A stretch of DNA of 64,000 bases from an uncultured Oscillospiraceae bacterium. GTDB taxonomy: Bacteria > Bacillota > Clostridia > Oscillospirales > Ruminococcaceae. Under the pieces are notes generated by a model. The model was not told the DNA's origin and made no database searches. It saw only the letters and a program-made list of their open reading frames with translations. Each line of letters opens with the position of its first letter. Positions within the stretch are counted from its first letter, which is position 1. The position numbers and the translations under genes are program-made. The stretch covers positions 80 through 64,079 of the forward strand of contig CASFKY010000043.1 of the NCBI GenBank assembly GCA_949295465.1. The letters run 5' to 3'. Of this stretch, positions 59,291 to 64,000 are shown in pieces.

Positions 59291-60748
59291 ATGGAAATTT
59301 GGCTCACCGGCTTAAAGTCGGGATATGAATTGGAGCACCTGGCCCGCCTGTTTTTTCCGGGGGCGCAGCTGCTCACCCATCGCCCGGCCCGGGCCGGGCA
59401 GGACCTGGTGCGGGCCGGCAAAAGCGGCAAAAGCCTCTTTGCAGCCCTGCGGCTGGAGGGGCAGTGCCACAGCGCCCGTCTGCCCCGCCGCCCCGAGACC
59501 GAAAAGGAGGAGGAATACCGGCTGTGCCGGCTTTTGTACGAATTGCTGCGCAAGGCCACCGGCAAGCGGCCTCCCTGGGGGATGCTCACCGGGGTTCGGC
59601 CGGTTCGCATCATCCACGACAGCCGGGCCGCCGGCCTCAGTGAAGAGCAGATCCAGAGCCTGTTTTTGGACCATTACGACTGCACCCCGGCCAAGTTCCA
59701 GCTGGTAAAGGGCATTGCCGACCTGCAGGCCCCCCTCATGCGGGACAACCGGCCTCGGGATTGCAGCCTCTATGTGGGCATTCCCTTCTGTCCTTCCCGG
59801 TGCAGCTTCTGCAGCTTTGTCTCCCGCACCATCGAGCGGGAGCGGGCCCTGGTGCAGCCCTATGTGGATAAGCTCTGTGAAGAGATCGGGGCCATCCGCC
59901 GCCAGATGGAAAACTGCGGCCTGCGGCTGCGCACCATCTACATCGGAGGCGGTACTCCCACCAGTCTCAGCGCGGCCCAGCTGCGCCAGCTGATGGAGAC
60001 CCTGGCCCAGAATTTTGATCTGGACTCGCTGCAGGAGTACACGGTGGAGGCGGGCCGCCCCGACTGCACCGACCGGGAAAAGCTGCATATCATAAAGCAG
60101 CTGGGGGCCAGCCGCATCTCCATCAATCCCCAGACCTTCGAGCAGTCGGTGCTGGAGGAGATCGGCCGGCGCCACTCCGCCGAGGCGGTGGTGCGCTGCT
60201 TCGAGGAGGCGCGCCTGGAGGGCCACGACAACATCAACATGGACCTGATCGCCGGGCTGCCCTCCGACACGGTGGAGGGGTTCGAGCGGTCCCTGCGCCG
60301 GGCCCTGGAGCTGGGCCCGGAGAACATCACCGTCCACACCCTCACCCTCAAGCGGGCCTCCAACCTGGTGATTGAAAAGCGCAGCGAGGAGTATGCCGAT
60401 GTGTCGGCCATGATCGACCGGTGCGAGCTGCTGGCCCAAAAGGGCTACCAGCCTTACTACCTATACCGCCAGAAAAACACCCTGCAAAATCTGGAAAACA
60501 CCGGCTGGAGCAAGCCCGGCAAGGAGTGCTACTACAATATTTACATCATGGAGGAGATCCACTCCATCCTCTCGGCGGGGGCGGGGGGCTCCACCAAGCT
60601 CTGCCAGCCGGGGGGCGACAAGATCCAGCGCATCTTCAACTACAAGTATCCCGCCGAGTACATCCGGGATTTCGAGACGATTTTAAAACGCAAGGAAGGG
60701 ATAGGTGAATTTTATGCCCGCTATCTGGATCCCCAAACGGTTGGTTGA
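59291..60748 (+). CDS. hemZ: Radical SAM protein HemZ (coproporphyrinogen dehydrogenase-like)
   Basis: PWGMLTGVRP, CPSRCSFC, GGGTPT and PYYLYRQK motifs; usual position after dtd/MBL. Confidence 0.92.
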   Translation: MEIWLTGLKSGYELEHLARLFFPGAQLLTHRPARAGQDLVRAGKSGKSLFAALRLEGQCHSARLPRRPETEKEEEYRLCRLLYELLRKATGKRPPWGMLTGVRPVRIIHDSRAAGLSEEQIQSLFLDHYDCTPAKFQLVKGIADLQAPLMRDNRPRDCSLYVGIPFCPSRCSFCSFVSRTIERERALVQPYVDKLCEEIGAIRRQMENCGLRLRTIYIGGGTPTSLSAAQLRQLMETLAQNFDLDSLQEYTVEAGRPDCTDREKLHIIKQLGASRISINPQTFEQSVLEEIGRRHSAEAVVRCFEEARLEGHDNINMDLIAGLPSDTVEGFERSLRRALELGPENITVHTLTLKRASNLVIEKRSEEYADVSAMIDRCELLAQKGYQPYYLYRQKNTLQNLENTGWSKPGKECYYNIYIMEEIHSILSAGAGGSTKLCQPGGDKIQRIFNYKYPAEYIRDFETILKRKEGIGEFYARYLDPQTVG

Positions 60749-61643
60749 GACCACCCTCATCAATACGGCCGCCGAGAGCGCCCAGAGCTTTGTGCGCCAC
60801 TGCGAGCTGGAATACGAGAGCCGGGTGTTTGCGGCGGCGGGGGAGATCATCGCCTCCGGCTGCAAGGTGGTCATGCTCACCGGGCCCTCGGCCTCGGGCA
60901 AGACCACCACGGCCCACAAGATCGCCGCCGCCATCGGGATGCGGGGAGGCAAGGCCCAGGTGGTGAGCCTGGACGATTTTTACAAGAATCTGGATTCCTA
61001 CCCCCGCCTGCCGGACGGCAGCAAGGACTATGAAAACGTCACGGCCCTGGACATCGAGGAGATCCACCGCTGCCTCAACGAACTGGTGAATCAGGGCCAG
61101 ACCGACCTGCCCATCTTCGATTTCAAGACAGAGAACCGCAAAAAAGAGCGCAACCACATCGAGCTGGGGGAGAGAGGCGTCTGCGTGGTGGAGGGCATCC
61201 ATGCCCTGAACCCCATGCTCACCCACGAGCTGCCCACCGGCAGCGTCTACCGCATCTATGCGGGCCTGCGGGAGGAGTACAGCTACCGGGGTCAGCGCAT
61301 CCTGCCCACCCGGGATATCCGGCTGGGCCGACGGATGGTGCGGGACTACAACTTCCGGGGCCACAGCCTGGAAAAGACCCTCAGCATGTGGAGCCAGGTG
61401 TGCGCCGGCGAGGACCAGTACATCAAAATTTTCAAATCCCAGGCGGACCTGCTGGTGGACACCTCTTTCAGCTATGAGGTCTGTGTGCTGGCAGGGCAGA
61501 TCGCGCCTCTGGCGGGCAAGCTGCCCTCCAGCAGCCCCTGCTGTGAAAAGCTCAACGATCTGGCGGGGCGGTATTCCCTGTGCAGCCCTCTGCCCCTGGA
61601 GATGGTGCCCCAGAACAGCATGCTGCGGGAGTTTTTTGCCTGA
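60714..61643 (+). CDS. Uridine/nucleoside kinase-family P-loop protein
   Basis: GPSASGKTT, SLDDFY, EGIHALN and RRMVRD motifs. Confidence 0.88.
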   Translation: MPAIWIPKRLVETTLINTAAESAQSFVRHCELEYESRVFAAAGEIIASGCKVVMLTGPSASGKTTTAHKIAAAIGMRGGKAQVVSLDDFYKNLDSYPRLPDGSKDYENVTALDIEEIHRCLNELVNQGQTDLPIFDFKTENRKKERNHIELGERGVCVVEGIHALNPMLTHELPTGSVYRIYAGLREEYSYRGQRILPTRDIRLGRRMVRDYNFRGHSLEKTLSMWSQVCAGEDQYIKIFKSQADLLVDTSFSYEVCVLAGQIAPLAGKLPSSSPCCEKLNDLAGRYSLCSPLPLEMVPQNSMLREFFA

Positions 61644-61738
61644 AATTTCTGTGAGATTTTCCCCTGCAGTTGCGCAAACTGCCACAGGAGGATATAATAG
61701 AAAAAAGGGCTTTGCCCGGAAAAAAGAGGTGTTTCATC

Positions 61739-62137
61739 ATGAATATTGATTTTGATAAGATTTTGCAGGCCGGCACCAAGGCTGCCGAATCCGCCAAAAA
61801 GACCGCGGCGGGGCTGGCGGACAAGGGCAAAAAGCAGGTCAATCTGGTGAACGAGCAGGCAAAGCTGGCCCGGGCACAGCGTCAGCTGGGCGCGCTGGTA
61901 TACAGCCTGCATGTGAACGGCGAGGAGAACCAGCCCCTGGTGGACAAATACATCCAGGCGGTGGCCGACATCGAGGCCAACATCGAGCGGCTGAAAACCG
62001 AGGCCGACGCGGATGTCTCCGACCCTGATTTCACCGAGGTGGAACCCGAGGAGACCCACGGGCGCTTCTGCCCCCAGTGCGGCGCCGAGGTGGAAGAGGA
62101 TGCCCTCTTTTGCAATCGTTGTGGGGCGCAGCTCTAA
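61739..62137 (+). CDS. Coiled-coil protein with a C-terminal zinc ribbon
   Basis: CPQCG...FCNRCG; GAGGTG RBS. Confidence 0.82.
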   Translation: MNIDFDKILQAGTKAAESAKKTAAGLADKGKKQVNLVNEQAKLARAQRQLGALVYSLHVNGEENQPLVDKYIQAVADIEANIERLKTEADADVSDPDFTEVEPEETHGRFCPQCGAEVEEDALFCNRCGAQL

Positions 62138-62287
62138 AAAGGGCAAAAAGGTCCACGCTCTGGTCCGCCGCAAGGACGGGCGGATCGAGTGGGAGTGATT
62201 TCAGAAGTTCGGAGATGCCTGCTGTGTCCGAGACTTTGAAAAAGTGTGCTTTTTTATGACAATAGTTTTATTATTTTAGTATTTATG

Positions 62288-62337
62288 AAGAAGAGAGCTA
62301 ATTGATTTTAACTAATCAATTAGCTCTCTTCTTTTTT
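62288..62337. terminator. Perfect 20-bp-stem hairpin near the island border
   Basis: AAGAAGAGAGCTAATTGATT...AATCAATTAGCTCTCTTCTT followed by T tract. Confidence 0.75.
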
Positions 62338-62559
62338 ATTTGTTTGCTATGCAATTAGATATTAGTCATTACTAAAACGCAAAAATAAAATGCAGTTTCA
62401 TTGCACAGACATATATTTTATGTGGTATAATTAATTATCTACATGAATTGGATAAAAATTAGCAATTATCCTGAAAAACACCGACAAAAAAATATCACAT
62501 AGTTTTAAATATTTAAATTAACAGTATTAGCAAGGCAATGGAGTTTACAAATTATGGGC

Positions 62560-64000
62560 ATGCTGGACTTTGCAATTAGGACAACCGCAGAATATATCGA
62601 ACACATGCCAAAGAACCAACGCAAGGAATATGGCCAATTTTTTACAAGTAAAGAAACTGCAGTTTTTATGGCTGGATTGTTTGAAATTTCCGATAAATGT
62701 CAAACGCTTTCTATTCTTGATCCTGGTGCTGGTTCTGGAATTCTTTCGGTTGCATTGTTGGAACGCTTACAGCATTTCACAGCAATAAAGAAGGTTAGAT
62801 TGGTTTGCTACGAAAACGATCCAAATGTGTTGAAGTTATTGCATAAAAATCTAGAGATGGCATGTGCTCAATCCCAATTGGAAGTAATATATGAGATTGT
62901 TTCTGATAACTACATTTTAAGTCAGGCGGCTGATTATAATCTTATGTTAGGTGCCAATGTGGCTCCTGTAAAATATGATTTTATAATTGGAAATCCACCA
63001 TATAAGAAAATAGCAAAGGATGCTTCAGAAGCTATGGCTATGAAGGATGTTTGTTATGGTGCGCCTAATCTCTATTTTCTCTTTGCAACTATGAGTATGT
63101 TTAACTTAAAAGATGAAGGGGAAATGGTTTATATTATCCCGCGATCTTGGACTTCGGGTGCTTATTTTAAGAGATTCCGTCAGAAATTTCTAAGTGAAGG
63201 TGTTTTGGAGCATATCCACTTATTTGTTAGTCGCGATAAAGTCTTTGAAAAAGAGAGTGTACTGCAGGAAACTATCATTATTAAGCTGAGAAAAACGCGC
63301 TCAAAGCCAAAAACTGTTACCATTACTACGACCCAAAGCAACGCAGACTTTTCCCAAAGGACCATTTTCGAGGCACCCTATTCTACCGTTGTCAACGGAT
63401 CAGATTCCTATGTCTATTTGGTAACAAATGCTGATGAAGTAGAGGCACTTAATAGTTTGAACAAGTGGGAAAATACCTTGCCAAGCATCGGCCTAAAAAT
63501 GAAAACCGGACTTACAGTTGACTTCCGAAACAGAGAAGCACTGAGAGATGTAGCTGAAGAACAGGCCGTTCCATTGTTCTATTCTCAGCACATACAAAGC
63601 GGCAAAGTGGTTTTTCCTATAGGGAAGGAACACGAGTACCTAGTTACTGAGCAGCGGGGGCTATTACAACCAAATAAGAACTACCTTTTTGTCAAACGAT
63701 TCACAGCAAAAGAAGAACATAGGCGTCTTCAATGTGGCGTTTACTTGGCAAAAAAGCATCCTGAGTATTCCCAGATCAGCACACAAAACAAGATAAATTT
63801 TATCGATGGTATGCGTGATCTTTCGGAATGTATTGTGTACGGGCTGTATGTCTTGTTTAACTCCACCTTGTATGACTGCTATTATAGAATCTTGAATGGT
63901 TCAACTCAGGTCAATTCGACTGAGGTAAACTCTATGCCGGTTCCATCCATGGATGTCATTGAGGCCATGGGGAAAGAGTTGATTGCTGCACACGATATGT
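62560..64000 (+). CDS. N6-adenine DNA methyltransferase, gamma class, BsuBI/PstI-like (Eco57I domain); 3' end outside the window, absent from the ORF track
   Basis: Manual translation is open to 64000: YGQFFT, ILDPGAGSG, IGNPPY, YIIPRSW, KRFTAKEE, NGSTQVN; extended -10 TGgTATAAT at 62423-62431. Confidence 0.9.
   Translation, partial: MLDFAIRTTAEYIEHMPKNQRKEYGQFFTSKETAVFMAGLFEISDKCQTLSILDPGAGSGILSVALLERLQHFTAIKKVRLVCYENDPNVLKLLHKNLEMACAQSQLEVIYEIVSDNYILSQAADYNLMLGANVAPVKYDFIIGNPPYKKIAKDASEAMAMKDVCYGAPNLYFLFATMSMFNLKDEGEMVYIIPRSWTSGAYFKRFRQKFLSEGVLEHIHLFVSRDKVFEKESVLQETIIIKLRKTRSKPKTVTITTTQSNADFSQRTIFEAPYSTVVNGSDSYVYLVTNADEVEALNSLNKWENTLPSIGLKMKTGLTVDFRNREALRDVAEEQAVPLFYSQHIQSGKVVFPIGKEHEYLVTEQRGLLQPNKNYLFVKRFTAKEEHRRLQCGVYLAKKHPEYSQISTQNKINFIDGMRDLSECIVYGLYVLFNSTLYDCYYRILNGSTQVNSTEVNSMPVPSMDVIEAMGKELIAAHDM

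Larger units (their letters stand above)
62184..64000. mobile_element. Left part of an AT-rich genomic island, continuing beyond the window
   Basis: Abrupt fall in GC content right after ATCGAGTGGGAGTGA; cargo is a restriction-modification methyltransferase. Confidence 0.7.

Noticed and set aside
62570-62788. 72-aa ORF listed in the track
   Set aside because: Out-of-frame overlap with the real methyltransferase frame starting at 62560 (or 62554)

Overview
A GC-rich chromosomal window from a spore-forming-type Firmicute; PolC, Spo0A and CdaA/CdaR are present, and the gene style suggests a gut Oscillospiraceae/Ruminococcaceae-like clostridium (inference). It falls into four zones. (1) 1-~780: the tail of a gene, then the 3' half of tRNA-Thr(GGT) flanked by 12-bp-period repeats, i.e. 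an integration (att) scar. (2) ~0.9-35.2 kb: accessory genes. These include a hydroxyacid dehydrogenase/RraA/SLC13 cluster, a C26 hydrolase/M20/YfcC operon divergent from a MerR-Zn ribbon-methyltransferase-fold regulator, an ABC exporter with a LytTR/GHKL pair, a GH36/MelB/GH42 galactoside locus, pdxK, an aldo-keto reductase, TauE/aryl-sulfotransferase and an opine dehydrogenase. The zone carries at least nine inactivating lesions and ends in an intact three-gene operon: a DUF6514-like protein, a pseudo-receiver Spo0A paralog and a pseudo histidine kinase. (3) 35.3-62.1 kb: core genes with no frameshifts (pyrH-frr-uppS-cdsA-dxr-rseP-ispG-polC, spo0A, cotH-like-ispDF, cdaA-cdaR-...-recJ-rel-dtd-hemZ). 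(4) From ~62.2 kb: an AT-rich island that begins right after a guaA-like 3' end (IEWE-stop) and encodes a BsuBI/PstI-type m6A methyltransferase running off the window. The best candidates for new biology are a possibly phosphorylation-independent Spo0A circuit (main Spo0A has Glu at the phospho-Asp position; the paralog and its kinase lack all catalytic residues) and the MerR-MTase-fold regulon with a 19-bp-spacer promoter and three dyad operators. All family calls come from motif recognition by eye, not from database searches.
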